Below the pieces are notes generated by a model. It was not told where the DNA came from, searched no databases, and worked only from the letters and a program-made list of their open reading frames with translations. A stretch of DNA of 55,179 nt, filler included, from Sphacelaria rigidula (Eukaryota): assembly GCA_964200075.2 (NCBI GenBank). It is 6 parts of 6 records of this genome, joined end to end, with 100 filler letters (N's around TTAATTAATTAA, not from the genome) between each part and the next. Parts side by side here need not be neighbours in the genome. Positions count along the whole stretch, not along the records: positions 9,216 to 18,329 come from CAXNAA020009270.1; positions 18,430 to 27,542 come from CAXNAA020009271.1; 4 more parts are not named here. One strand, given 5' to 3'. Shown in pieces: positions 11,505-25,121 of the stretch (position 1 is its first letter; each line of letters opens with the position of its first letter). The translations under genes were made by a program, and so were the position numbers.

Positions 11505-14500
11505 GTCATCCATGTAAAAGTCGTTTGAGATGACTTTGGGTCAGGGAAATGACCGATGTTTTGGAGTAGAATCCCATTTTCGAAGGCTATCTGTTCACAC
11601 TACCTTTGGCATTCGTTGCTATTGTTGTCGCTGCTTCCTTTCTTCTGTCCTTACTGTGGCTGTTGCTTCTGTCTTTTTCCGTTCTTTCCCTTCTTTCTTT
11701 GCTCTTTTTTCGCTGCTCCTGACCACGGGCTGGATTGTTGCAACCAGCTAGTAATAATGTGAGGTAATAAATCAACCAACCAACTACCTCCGGCATCGTG
11801 CATGCCCGGGGTACTTTCCCCCAGATATCCAAGGCAGAATGGTGTTACTGACCCTTCGGGTCATGGGTGCACGTGAGGGGAGAGTACTGGCTTGAGTTGT
11901 CCGCCTAGGACCTACCACGGCAGTCAGCGGCGAAAACAAGCAAAGGTGATGCAACTCCCGATAATCAAGCCGGACCGTTGAGTTGATGAAATTTAATGAT
12001 GAAAAACACCGTCCACCCACAAAAAATGATGCCGATTCAATAGAGAGTCGACCTTCGCGCCAAAAGGCTAAAGGGGGTCGTGGACTCGAGACCTGCAGAT
12101 GCGGCCAGTAGAGCAGGAAGAAATTACCACGACATTGCCAGTGTGCACCTTCTGTAGGCATCCACTGATGTGTAGGGTTACCTTGTACTACTGTTTATAG
12201 CGGCACATGGAATCCTCGTCGGGCTAGTATGTAGTAGTACACTGTACAAACATATGGTAAATACTCTTACTCTTGATATGTATCTCACTCCTCCAGCTTG
12301 TGACGAGGACGCGTATGGCATCCATCTGATGAATTTCTCTTGAGTGGGACTTGATTGAGATTCAATTTTGTTTCCTCACGGGTCCCTTTGCCGATCAGAC
12401 CACATGATTCTCACGTAGACCTGCATGATCCTCATCTACATCACGCAGTGATTTGTCGATGCTATGCAGAGCTATGCGGAGGATTGTGCGAATTGAGCTC
12501 GTTCGACACAGCCTTAGATGGAACATGACGCAAGGGCATTTTCGAAGGCGAAGGCACCCACAGGAAGATCGCCCCTTCTCGAAACGCGCATCACTCTCAA
12601 ATTCTGCGCTGGGAAATAATCCTATCAAACTAGCGAACGTGCGTACGTCGCGTACTACACATTCTGGAGCTCTGAAACGAATGCGGGGGACACAACACGT
12701 GTAAATCAAGACAAGCGCCTTGGGGTAAGCGTTCCTGCTGCCGTTGCTGATGGTGTTGTGGTCTCGTCGCGGTGCACTCTTGATCAGTGGATTGATCGCG
12801 ATGCTTCGCACGCAGTAGTCGTAAACCCTGTCACTTCCCGACAGTAGCTGGAATTTTTCAGTGATCTCAAGCTTTCTCTAGTCTCGTGGCTCTGTCATGG
12901 CTGACCCCACGAGCAACACAGCGCGCTTTCAGACATCGAGCAAATCCGCAATCGGCGCGTCAGTAATGTCTCATGTGCCCCTCTTTTCTCGTACCTTGAA
13001 CAATCACACTCTCCTCTGCAATGTACTGCCCGGTGTTGTTGGCCCGGCACTACAGTGCTTCACGATCGAAGTGTAACGGCTACCTGCTGCCTGGCAATAT
13101 GTCCACGGACGACAGACTGTACCAACATCTCTTGCCGCTTTAGGTGTATCTTTGAGACAGGGCACGAGGCACACACCAGCGTCGTGCGATGCATAGCTCC
13201 GCTCCCTATCGCACTCTAGTCTCGCACATGACAACAGTACCGTACAAAACGGTACGGAGCGGTATAGCCGGTCACAGACACAACATGGTGTTTCTCGATT
13301 GGAAACATCTTGGAGGCAAGCTCAAAGACGAACTCAAACACGCCCGAGCCTGGTAAAGAAAGATACTCCGCTGTACAGTCAGTACAGCACAGACAACCTG
13401 TAGTCGCCCCAGGTTGTTTTCGTACCGGTTGAGCTCTGGCGGAAGAAGAACATCGCGCACACTCCAAATCTACGGTCATCACGGCAGCAGACATTTCGTT
13501 CGTGCCTTGATCCTTCGACGGCGGGGGTAGATCACCTCCTGAATCGGCATCCATTTCACTTGATGAAAGGTGTGCGTGATCCAGATGGACTACCAGCATC
13601 GCGGTCCGTCATAGAGGATACCTGGTACCTGGTGTTCCTACTTGTAGTTGTGGCCAGTCTATTGATCGCCCATAAAAACGGAGGGGCGCGAGGTCGTGGC
13701 AAGGGTATATGACTGTCATCTGAGCCATGTATACACTTGTGGAGTTATAATGATGCCGATTCAACTGATGACCCACCGCGACCGTCAAGGTAGGGGGTAC
13801 ACGTGAAGAATATACTTTCAACTGTGTAGGATATGTTGTTCAGATGTATTCCCCTCTCGAACATGATCGAATAGGTGATGCAGCGATCTTGTTTGTTTTG
13901 TACCTCGTCTACTGCAGCTCGATTTTGCTGCTGTCGAAGGAGGTCTGGTGTTTGTCCAATACTTCGGAGCGATCTTGGTCTCAAAACGCCATACAGTCGT
14001 TCGAGTTTGCCCGAAAAAACAGCAGGAACTTGAACCCGCGCTTTAGAAGGGTGTGACTAACTGATATATCATTGCTGACTGTAGTATGAAGCGCAACCCA
14101 TAAGCACGAGGCAAACGGAGGCGACCTCCGCCGGGCCTTATTTGCGATGAACGGGCCCTCTACGGTTAACGACGGGTGGGGAGGGCTTCATTGCCTCTAC
14201 CGGATTCCTTGTTGTGTTGATCGGAAGTTCAGCGGATCTTATTTGGTACACATGCTCTATCTTCCCTGTAAGTTGCAGATACTCGTTTCATAAACACCCC
14301 GTTTTCCAACAGTCACACATCTCTATGGGATAACTCCCCCCGTCCCCCCTTCACCCCCCAATTCCTCCGACCCGCTTCTTACACCACCATAGAGCTGCTA
14401 GTGGTCAGTTTCTTCCAGGACTTTCCTCTGGCGGCAACGGCTCCTGCCAGCTCCTGCCTCGTCTTCCGCTCACCTGCTGTCTTCCCTTCGGAAGCATCTG

Positions 14501-14613
14501 AAAGGGCAAGCCGACGAGGGGACGAACAGTGGAGAAGAGGAACATAAGGAGAAGGGGGGATATCTTCCGTGTTTGTGGAGTAATCCATTTGCCTGCGGGG
14601 ACGGCTTGGAACG

Positions 14614-15219
14614 ATGGCTGGTGCGGGTGTTGCTGCCGCCTTTTCGTCAACGTCACCTCTCCATCATCGTCAGCAGCTGCAGCAGCAGCAGCAGCAGCAA
14701 AAGCGACACGATGGAGACTGCACATCTACCACTCATCAGCCGAAACGACGACCAATCGTGCCGAGTAAATCTTTCGTAGCAGTCGCGGTGATGACGGTTG
14801 CGGCGCTACTTCTGTTGTCTGGTGCGGTTGAGGATATTATTCCTAGCAGGGCAAGGACCATTCTCGCGAGGCGGCCACACGACCATCACAGCAGAAATCA
14901 CAACGATCGACCGTTGATGGGACGGTATGGGCGCAAGGAGTATGGGCGTAGTGCCACAAACAATGGCCACTCACAGGTGGGTAGTCGCGTCGCGACTGCT
15001 TTGTTGGACGGAGGGTTTTCTGGGAGCGGGCGCCAATTGAAGAGGAACGTGGAGGCGGGGGTATCTATCGAGTTGGTTGAAGGAGAAGGCAACGACGGGT
15101 ACGGGCCCGACGAAAGCAGTGCCGTTGTGGGGCATGTGACGGTCGAGGTCAACCAGCCCGGGGTGAAGACTTATCCGAGCGTGCTGAAATCTACGGTGCT
15201 GTTTCTGCATATCTTTAAG
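14614..15219 (+). CDS. First exon of a probable type II membrane (Golgi-type) sulfotransferase
   Basis: ATG at 14614 after an in-frame stop at 14581; poly-Q; hydrophobic segment FVAVAVMTVAALLLLSGAV; stem region; ends TVLFLHIFK at an AAG|GT donor. This resembles the start of the 5'-PSB loop (F.HI.K.AG). Downstream exons were not found in the contig. Confidence 0.65.
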
Positions 15220-16764
15220 GTGACGTGAGCGTATGTTTTCAGAGCACAGCGCCCGATCGTAGCCTGCTGTATCCCGTTTGCCTGTTCAAAAGTTGTGCGA
15301 GTCACTGTTTCACGGCAGAGAAGACAGACACCTGATGACCCCAACCCGACTGGCAGCGTGCATCGCCCAACTGCTCATGTTTGCGAGTCCTGAGGAGACC
15401 TGAACGCTCTCGCTGTACAGGGTGCAGACATGAGTAATAGCTGTGCGGTATTCAATGCCAAGCAGTGCTGGCCAGTCCGCGTTTCACGTAGAGCATGGAT
15501 TACAGAGTACTTCACGGTCAATATTTGATGCCCAACTTATTGTGTGTTCTGTCGTGGACATGCCGGGAGCTGTTTCCTACTGTTGAAGTAGACATCATAA
15601 CGGACACAGTAGGGTCTTCGCGGTGAGCGGTGCTATTTTAGACCCACCTACCTATACCATCGATAGATGACTCTTTTTTTGTTGGACCAAAGTGTACCAC
15701 AACGGTCCACCTGTCCACCTTCATCGGTTGTACTGCATACTGTTGTGTGCCGTGTACGTCTTTGACCTTTGACTGTACCGATCGTGTCGTTGTACTGTAT
15801 GCCCAAATATCCATCTTTAATGCGTGAGCTCCAGGAGGCCAATATCGATCACGCCTGTTATCTCCGTATGAACACGTATCAAGGATGAGAGGATACGTGA
15901 GAGGAAATATATCCTTTTTGCCTCGGATTCCGAAAGGATGAAACCCACAACTACTGCACTCGAATTTTGGGGCTCTCGTCGTGGAATTGTCAGCATATTC
16001 GGGATTTGGGGGGACCCGACGCTCTGAAAAGGAATCTAACACGCACGCGTCTTCCAATTGAAGGCGCCATCATGACTTTTTGTGCTGTCTACATTTTTTT
16101 TCGAGTTTAGGGGGCCGTTTGGCCATTTGTCGTCACCCGAATATCTGCACTCAGCTACAGTATACGGAAACAAATACATCAACGGCAGTAGAGGGAATGA
16201 AAGTAATGCTGCTAATGACAAGTGTAGCCTTCAATACCATGTCCAGAACTCCCACACGTCGCATGAGGAATCGAGAACACTTGATTATCATCCCTGAGGG
16301 CTTTCAAATCCCGCACCGGAAATGTGTACACATTCCTGCTGGGCATACTTGTAGCTTTTGGACGACGACGAGTTGGGTGGCGAAACAGGTACCGTTATTG
16401 TTGTCGCCCTTCAAATTTCATGGGGAAGGAAGAACGCGGCGAACCGATGGTTTGAAAATCTGTATTCCACCAGACCGTTGGGTTGGTGTGCTGTTGTCTT
16501 CAGAAACCATTCGAATATCTGCGCCCTGTGTGAAAAGATGGAAATATCCTCAAGTGAAGAATGCGGTAGAACTTACGCTTTGGACGAGAAAATGGTTGAC
16601 GGGATAATCACTTGGTTTTAGATTCAGGATCGATATTCCAATCATACGAGGGGGCTGAATATCCTGGCTTGTCGAATACCTGTTTTTGTCCAGACTCGAA
16701 CCGCAGGTCTGCCATCAAACACTCGGCTTAGAGCAACCTTTCACGGTTAGGACAAATCATCACG

Positions 16765-17010
16765 ACTCGAAATCACCAAAATCACGATTTCTTCGGCCTG
16801 ATCTTCCAAAATAGAGAAAAAAGTTGATGGCTGGTCCAAGGGGTATCCACGCAACTCTTGCGCCATTCCACGTGTTTGGGCTGCGTGTACCTGGGTTGCA
16901 ACGCTGATATAAAGCCTAGGGATTGATTGGTCACGAGTCTACTCATTATAAAGAGATCAAGTAATTTCCAGACAAATCGTTATTTATCCGACCCTTGCAA
17001 CCTTTGTACC
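16765..17010 (+). repeat. Dispersed repeat, second copy at ~19055-19290 on another contig
   Basis: ATCACCAAA..CACGATTTCTTCGGC...CGCCATTCCACGTG...CGTACCTGGGTTGCAACGCTGA...ATCAAGTAATTTCC shared by both copies. Confidence 0.85.
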
Positions 17011-17538
17011 CCCCTGACCGAGGGCTCTGGTATTCCTAGAGTCCAGAGTTGATTACCAAATGGTCGGCAATACAATATTTGGAACAATAAACGGGGTGCC
17101 GTCAACCCAATTATGACGCCAACCCCAGCCCTAACCCCGGCCAAGGCAGAGTACGCGTTAGCAAAAACCTCAAATCGGTGCCTGCGGTTGTCAAATCGGT
17201 GCCTGCGGAGGCACCGCAGGCTCCGATTTTGGGCTAAAGTACGTCCTGGACGAGCTATAGGCACACTTGGGACTGTCAGCCTCTCCAAAGATACGAATAT
17301 CGAGGTCCACCTTAATGAAACCAAGTCGCGACTAGCGTTTCCGACGGTTTGGTGATATCTGGTGGTTAGGGTGAAGGTTAGGGTTAGTTCGAAGTGATGA
17401 ACTTCTGAGAAAGCTCTCGTCAATCATATTTCGACTAAAGCGTAGTCACCTCTCACCCCTCGCAGAATGATGCAAGTGTCAGGTGTCCCAGTAACCGAGC
17501 AGTTGCAGGTGGAAATAACGGTGACGTAGAAATAACCC

Positions 17539-17983
17539 TTTCACAGGCACCGTAGGTAAGGTAGGTATCAGGTACCGGTATTTGAAACATCTCATACCCT
17601 ACCGATACCGGTCCAATCCGGTATTCTCAAACCTCATACCTACGATACCTTTGATACCTTCGATACCAGGGTATATCGAGATTTCAATACCCACCGTACC
17701 CGCTATCCGGTATTTTGAAATGTCATACCTACGACACCTACGATACCATGATATTTCGAGGTTTCAATACCTAACGTACCGGCTCAATCTGGTATTCTCA
17801 AAACTCATACCTACGATACCTACGATACCAGGGTATTTCGAGATATCAATACCTTGCGGACCGGCCCAATCCGGTATTTTCAAATGTCATACGTACGATA
17901 CCTACGCACACCACGGTATGAGATACCCCGGTAAATACCGAGGGTACGCTCGGTACGTTACCTTACCCACCGTGCCTGTGAAA
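17539..17983. mobile_element. MITE-like element with TIRs and internal (TAC)GATACC/CCGGTATT subrepeats
   Basis: Left TTTCACAGGCACCGTAGGTAAGGTA versus reverse complement of right end TTTCACAGGCACGGTGGGTAAGGTA; a related fragment follows at 18050-18145. Confidence 0.75.
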
Positions 17984-18329
17984 ACTTTGACTGCCCAACT
18001 TGCATCCAGATCTGAAACGCTTCGCACTGCCAGATGACAATTTTGAATTCGGTACAGGGGTAATGCAGGTACCCGGTACGGGTAACCGGTATTGGGGACA
18101 TCTCGTACCCTACCGATACTGACCGAATCCGGTATTTTCAAAGCTTATACGAACTGGGCCAGCCTATAAACGGATATAAGCTCTAGTAGCGATATCTTAT
18201 GGACACAGACGAGTTGGGCCGTGATCCGCATAATATCGTATTAATCGTCTAACCAAGGGGAATGTGCCCATCTGCTCAAAAGTTTGGGCCAACATTTTCT
18301 CGGTGATTGAACCCCATGTCTAGTAATTC

Positions 18330-18429
18330 NNNNNNNNNNNNNNNNNNNNNNNNNNNNNNNNNNNNNNNNNNNNTTAATTAATTAANNNNNNNNNNNNNNN
18401 NNNNNNNNNNNNNNNNNNNNNNNNNNNNN
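18330..18429. other. Artificial contig linker
   Basis: Same 100-bp linker. Confidence 0.97.
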
Positions 18430-20949
18430 GGAGCACGCCGGGTTATCGCCGGGCCGGGCTAGTCATAGGGGGGGGGGGGGGGGCAAGAAAAGATTCCTGT
18501 TGCCATACGAGTATTTCCGTGCATCATTCCGAGGATTATACTACTGCAGTTTGAGAGTAGTCACATTCCCTTTTGCTGTCGTTGTCGGATAACAGAGCAA
18601 TAGTAGCGCTAGTGCGGAGGCTGTCGGATCAGCGGAGTAGGCGACGAGAGTGTCAACAGATGGCACCGTCGCAAACGGGTTGCCCCGGGGGACGGCGTGC
18701 ATCAGAGGAAACCACAGCAGCCCGTCAGTATCTCCGCATCTGTCGATGTGGGTAACACAGTGAGCAAGCAGTGTAGTGTACGATGTTCCTCAAGTGCCTC
18801 AGCAGCAGGTAACAGCACTGTGCGTAAGTAGGCGATAGCAGTGTGTACAACAGTTGTGCTGAAGCATGCTTCTGAAATGGTTCTACGTAGATTGGAGGGA
18901 ATGTTCTATAATAGACCGTCGTAGAACGTTCCCCGTGGTTCGAGAAGCCTTCGGAGGCGTCTGAAAACTGGAGAACATATTGAAGCTGGGGCCCGTTATT
19001 ATCGGAGAAACGATTTTTCAGAAACGTTCAGGGTTTGGACGAATCATCGCCGATTCTAATCACCAAATCCACGATTTCTTCGGCGTGATTAATCGAAAGA
19101 GAGAAAGAAGTCGACCGCTGGTCAAACAGGTCTCCACGAAACTTTCGCGCCATTCCACGTGCCTGAGCTTCGCGTACCTGGGTTGCAACGCTGAAAACAA
19201 GGCGTAAGGATTGATTCGTACCCTACGAATCAATTACACTAAAATCAAGTAATTTCCGGACGAGTCATGAATTCGTCCGACCCTTGGAAAAGTTATACTT
19301 GAGGTACAATTTCGGAGAGCTCCAAACGGCCCATGCTTATCGATTTTTGCCGCTGCTGTTGGATATCTCATCACGGACACAGTGCTGATCTCGCCGCTGG
19401 CCCACCTTCGCCGGTCTGGGGACGCTATGCCGCCAACCCACGGCACTTTTCACTCTCAGACATAGCCCAGGGTGTCGCTGGTGAAGTGTCTAGTGACTCT
19501 CGAACGCTTGCGAGCGCCACGGTCTACACATAGGGCAGGTCTCCGAAGCGCTGCACTGCAGTATGAATTCGTGGGATTTTCCAAAAATCATACTCCGGAG
19601 GAGCAATCAAGCCGCCTTATTTTTCGGAGAAGCCTAAAGGCACAGTCTGAAGAGTCCGACAACTTCGGAGATCTCCGAAAGTAGAGTGTCGAGAATAATG
19701 GGCCTTATAGTCTGTAGATCGACAGAATACGAGTGCGCCCGCACGTTGCCCACTTCACTTCTTCGCCCAAACCTGATCTCGGAGTCAATCAGTAATGATG
19801 GAGACATCTTTATAAACATGTTCCCAGTCCGAGGTACACTGCACTGCTCCAACAGCCATGTTATGCCCTCTGCTTTGTGGGCTGTATGCATCAGCTCATG
19901 GACCTCCGACAAGCTCTGCAGTACACTCAGCTACGACAGCTCCAACTGCGAACGCTTAGCACCGCGAGTTCATGAGCCTCGGTTGAACGCATACACACCA
20001 CGAGTTGCGGACATCAAGGCGAGTTCATCACCTTCCCTTCCTGACTACTACACGCCGCTGCTTCTCTGCTATGCATGCGGATCATGCCGGAAGCAGACGG
20101 ACAATCTTCTCCACCTAAAGGCATCAAGACTCTGAATCGATCAACCAACGAACAATGCGCAGTAAGTGAGGCAGTAGCTGCCCCGTAGTCAATACTAGCA
20201 AACGCCGGACACTGCTCCTGCGATGGTCGGGGTCCTTCTTTTGCTGCACTGAGAAAGGGAGACTACTCCACAGACCATGTCATCTCAACTGTCGGCGATC
20301 TGCTGTGTCCCCCTTCAGCACAAAAATAGTAAGACTCGGAGGGCAAGGGTGGAATAAAAACACCTCGAGACCACCTCTACCGGGTAGGAGGAGCAAGACA
20401 CCGACCTCAACCTCACTTCGTGAGGGTACGAGGGGAGGAAATCAGGAACGCCTCGAGTACATGCCATACTTCGAGTACCAGTGCTGTACGTACCACGCCA
20501 TCTCAATTTCGTGTCGATGGTTGTGTGATCCTTCAGAACAAGGCTGTGTAAAGACGAAGGAGAGCAACAGGAGGGACGATGTGACTGCAACACCACGTCG
20601 AGAGAGTACGAGGGGTGACGATCGGAACTTCGCGTGACTACCCAAGAGAAAAGAAGACCGCGAGTAAGGCGGACACCGTGGGGAGACATCCTCCGTGGAA
20701 ACCGTAGCAACAGCAGGAGCAACATTGACTTCAGCACCACTTTGAGAGGGCACAAGCAGCGGAGATCGGAACTTCGCGAGTCTGTCAAGATAGCACAAGA
20801 CCGCTGGTAAGGCAAACATCGCGTGGGACATCTACCAAGGGAATCGCATCAGATGTACGTCGACATGGGAGACAGATATACGTCAACATGGGAAATAGCA
20901 ACAGCTCCGGCAAGGTCATCGCAGAATGAGAAGAGGACACGCCAACCAC

Positions 20950-23900
20950 CATGAGCAACATCAAAACCGGCGATTCGGCCCAAGTGCGTCAACACTGTTT
21001 CATGTCTCGAGAAGTTCAACGGGAAGAACAACGTAGGGTTCAAAGGTTAGACGTAGAAACTCTGTGTCATCTTGGAAATCCCGCAGAGAGACATCCTTCG
21101 GCTCATGAGGACAAGCAAAGCCAACCCACTGAACAGGGTGAGCGAGGGTCTACACGCCGTGCTGCACTTACTTGTCGAGATGCCCGCGGCTCTCTCCGTC
21201 CGCAGGCACAAGACGAAAGCGAGATCAGCGGTGATGGACAAGCGACCTTCAAGGAACTCCGCGACGACAGCAACGACAAGGTAACCGACGAATTCATTCG
21301 TGCCACAATGGAGGAGCTTGGGATATAAACCGATGGAACCTGGTCATTTTCCAGACGACTACCGCAACCGGAAGCACCTGCTTCGCCACCAGGCCGAGAA
21401 AATGATAAAAGCTGTCTCCGATCGATGGTTCAAGGATATCTGCGTTGTAGATTTGACCGACGATTACAAGGAAGTGAAACGCTGATCTACCGCGACTCCA
21501 CCTTCGTCACCGACCAGATGCAGCCGACCATGCGGCACATGCCCATCGATGAACAGTCACGCCACGGGACCAAGGGGCGGATCGCTGGTCGTGGTATCGC
21601 CATGATCACTGCAGTACCCACGGACACGACCTGCGACAGCTGTCAGGACTTGAGGCACATCAAGAGGTACTTCCCCAAGAACAAATACGCCAAGCAGGAG
21701 AAGAATGTGAATAGGAGTGAGACCAAACCCGGAGCGGGTTCCGAAACGTGGCGCTCGATTCACCGCACTGGTACTCACGGCAATGACAAGTGTTTTAGCA
21801 AGGGGCGAAGCGGCTGGGCAAGGCTGTTTCTGCGTGCACGTAGTGCGCCCACTGCTCCCCCTCAAGTAGCAGGAAGGACACCATCACCCGGGGGTAGGCG
21901 TTCGGCTTCACCCTGGACAACGACGACTTTGACGGAGGCTTCATGTCCGCGACATGAGGCAGTTTGCAGCCAATGCTGACAGGACCACGGTACTGATGAA
22001 CATCGGCGCTACGGAGACCTACCCTCGATGATCAACTCATCCCGGGCCTGAAGGATCGAATAGAATAGTGCAAAGACCTGAAGACACCCATGACTATCAT
22101 CACCGCAGGTCGTCACGAACTGCAAGGAACAGGAACGGAAATCATCTCCTGCTTCGTCAGAGACAAGAAAGGCAACCGACGTCCGGTGCTTCTTCAAGGA
22201 ATGAGCGTGTCGGGTCTTGGACGCGACATCTTCTCGCCCACATCACAGCTGCAGGACTGAGTCAAGCTCATCCTCGAAGCCCGAAACCCACAGAGCAAGA
22301 GTGGACGAACTAACCATACCGCTTAAGCAAACCTCACAAGTCCAGGGGATGTGCTCTCTCGACGTCACGTTTCCTGCCCCACTGGACAGGATGTTCCGCA
22401 AGGCCGTCAACCCATCGTGCGACGACATGCCTGGGGTCACCTTCGCCGAAGCAAAGAGCGCTGACACTTGCCACCGGAGGCTCGGACACCTCAACCCTCG
22501 TAGCATGGAACTGCTGCGCAAGAAGGAAACTTAGCGACCTGAACATCCACCACCAGAGTGAAATATTAGTCATTCGGTAGGAGATTCGCCGTCTACGACA
22601 TCGTAACGTGGCTTTGCGGGACCTCCGCGAGCGCATCCTGAGCCAAGACAGCGGCAGTGGGGCCGAATCCATCCAGAGTTCACCTCCAGCTACGTCTGGG
22701 GTCACACCTTCCCCTACGCCTGGGGCCACACCTTCGACGACGCCAATACCGCTATGTTCACCACCCGGTACGGAGAATGCACGCCGACTGGACATTACTC
22801 GTGCGGAACAATAAGGAACTCCAATAACGTCGACACGACCGACGACGCACAGTTACCACGGCAAATGCGCTACGCGACAGCCAGTCACGCCACGCGGACC
22901 GATCCCAGAGCTCTCGATTCCACCCAATTACTCGAGATTGCCAGCCAGCAAGGTGTACTACACCAGCACTGCAGATAGTTCGGATTTGCCCATCCATGTG
23001 GAACACATTTCCATGCCCCACGGGTGTTTGTGTGCGTCACGGACACTCCGTTTCACAAAGGCTTCTGGGACGGGGAACATGACACCACCAAAGTCTCGAA
23101 AACCTGCAAGGAAGTCATTCAATCGCCTCAGCACGAGCAGTGGAAATAAGCCATAAACAAGGACATGGAGAGCCTCAAGAAACACAACATGTACAAGCTT
23201 GTTCCTATCTCCAGTGTGCCCTAAACGGAAAAGATTGCCGGCACGCGTTACGTCTTTAAGCAAAAGGCAGACGACCAATTGAAAGCCCGGCTGGTTGTCC
23301 AGGACCACACCCAAGAGGCGGGAATAGACAATGACAGGAGCTGAGCGTTCACACCCTGCTCGCCAAAGCTTCCGAGCACGATGATCAGTGTGGCAAATGA
23401 ACGTGGCGGTTGCTTTCTGCAATCCGAGTTCGACAAGGATGTGCGTGTTAGACCCAGTCCGGGGCGGGACGTGACAAACCTTAAGACGTGCGAGGTGGTG
23501 GTAACCAATCTCGAGCGTGCTGTCAATCATCTGGTTGAAGCCCACGCAGTCGAACCCCTGCGTGTACATGCACGGGAGCGGCAACACTCTCGCGATACTA
23601 GCTCTGTATGTCGACGACCCTGATAAGCCGATAAGGTCAGGAAACTGTCAACCACAAGGAGCTCCGGGATAGGTTCGACATGATTAACATGACGAAGGGC
23701 AACCGCATCCTCTGCATAGAGGGTCACCGCAATTAGAACGAAGGAATGCTAACCAACACCCAGAAGAGTTACGCCGACAGTATCCTGGAGAGGTTGGGAA
23801 CGCAGCACTCTGATGCCGCCAGTACACCTCAATATGAACCGGAGCTGCCGGGGGGGGACAACCTGCAGATGCGCTACTTGGCGTCACGGGAACGCAGTTA

Positions 23901-24279
23901 TTCATTCCAATCCATCGAAGAGCGTCTACTCTACCTCGCCCAGTGCACACGATTTGACCTGTGCTACCCGGTACCCCAGCTGATGAGGGGATGCAACAAG
24001 CTCGCCGAAGCCCACATGACGGTGGCCAAGAACGTACTACGCTATCTTTCCGACCCCCCTGACCTTCCCATCATGCACAAGCGAGGGTATTTCGGGATAG
24101 AAGACAACACCGACGCATCGTTCGGTGTCAACCCCATCAATCGCAAGTCCACGACCGGATACCGGTTCTTTTTGGGGACAGCACTCATCGACTTCGGGGC
24201 CGAGACGCAGTCCCTCACTGCACAGTCTACGGTGGAGAGGGAGCTCCAGGCACCTAACTACGCGGCAGGAAAGCCGTGA
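20950..24279 (+). mobile_element. Degenerate Ty1/Copia LTR retrotransposon (internal region)
   Basis: Copia order: gag-like (DGQATFKELR), decayed knuckle (CDSCQDLRHIKRY), protease-like LMNIGAT (~21990), pre-integrase HRRLGHLN (~22470), RT (YKLVP...YVFKQK...KARLVVQ; LALYVDD at ~23600), RNase H (TDASFG...RKSTTGY...QSLTAQST). Many stops and frameshifts; no integrase core or LTR pair seen. Confidence 0.92.
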
Positions 24280-24975
24280 ATCCCCGAAACTTGAGCGCGG
24301 TTCATATAAGAACATGGACCAACGCGAAGTTACGTAGATATGGAGGCAGTATGTGAATGGACATACAGTAGCATTATCTGGTCACAGACGAACCCAGTCA
24401 TGGTCCAACAACTTACTTGCGTGTTTGTAAACCAACTTTTTTTCGCCTTATTGAAATTCAAGTCAGCAGGGATTTTAAGGTTGGGGTGGGTGGGCTGAAA
24501 CCTTGCAATACTCCCACAAAGATAACCGTATCTACTGTAGACGCTTGTGGAAGTAGCGATTTTGAACAGCATTCGTATGATATCGTAGGGTAGGCAAACT
24601 TGAACGTAGGCTACAACAAAATAGCGCGGTGACACGTCACCTCGTCTTGAAATGAATCTTCCGGCTATTCTTCATTTATTTTTCGTGAAGGATTGTCCCA
24701 TTTTGTGTTGTATCCTCGTATATGGAGTCGTGTCGGAGATTATGCTGCTGCAGGACGTACAAGGATATGTACTGCAGTAGTTCAATCTCCTTGTGTTGCC
24801 ATCGTATGACCCCTGCTCTGTGGGCTGTATACATGAGCAGATCAGCCTACGATAAGTCGTGCCGCACACCAAGCTACGACAGCTGCAACTGAGAATTCTT
24901 AGCACCATAACATCACATCACGCCTGCACCGACCCCCGATTCCTCCACGGCCCCGACACCCCCCACATAACACAC

Positions 24976-25121
24976 CTCGTGCTGGAGCCTCCTGCGCCAG
25001 CCGTACGATGGTGAGCATGGCTGCGAGACATAGCGCCGCCGGGCAGCTTCCGGAGCTTCTCGGGCGTTCCCGCGAGCGGCCCTCTGGTGGGCATGTCACT
25101 AGAACCTATGGCCTTTACCGT
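24976..25121 (-). CDS. Possible isolated internal exon, unknown protein
   Basis: GC-rich block between an AACCTGCAG acceptor and an AG|GTGTGT donor; only one frame is open (TVKAIGSSDMPTRGPLAGTPEKLRKLPGGAMSRSH...). No homology recognised. Confidence 0.3.

Noticed and set aside
15900..16680. Overlapping ORFs as further sulfotransferase exons
   Set aside because: No acceptor gives the expected PAPS-loop continuation and no domain was recognised.
17582..18141. CRISPR-like array or 151-aa ORF
   Set aside because: Irregular degenerate subrepeats within TIRs, no unique spacers, no cas genes, eukaryotic context.
20291..20900. 5' LTR of the Copia element
   Set aside because: It starts with TG and has internal repeats, but no second copy or clear PBS is present to define it.
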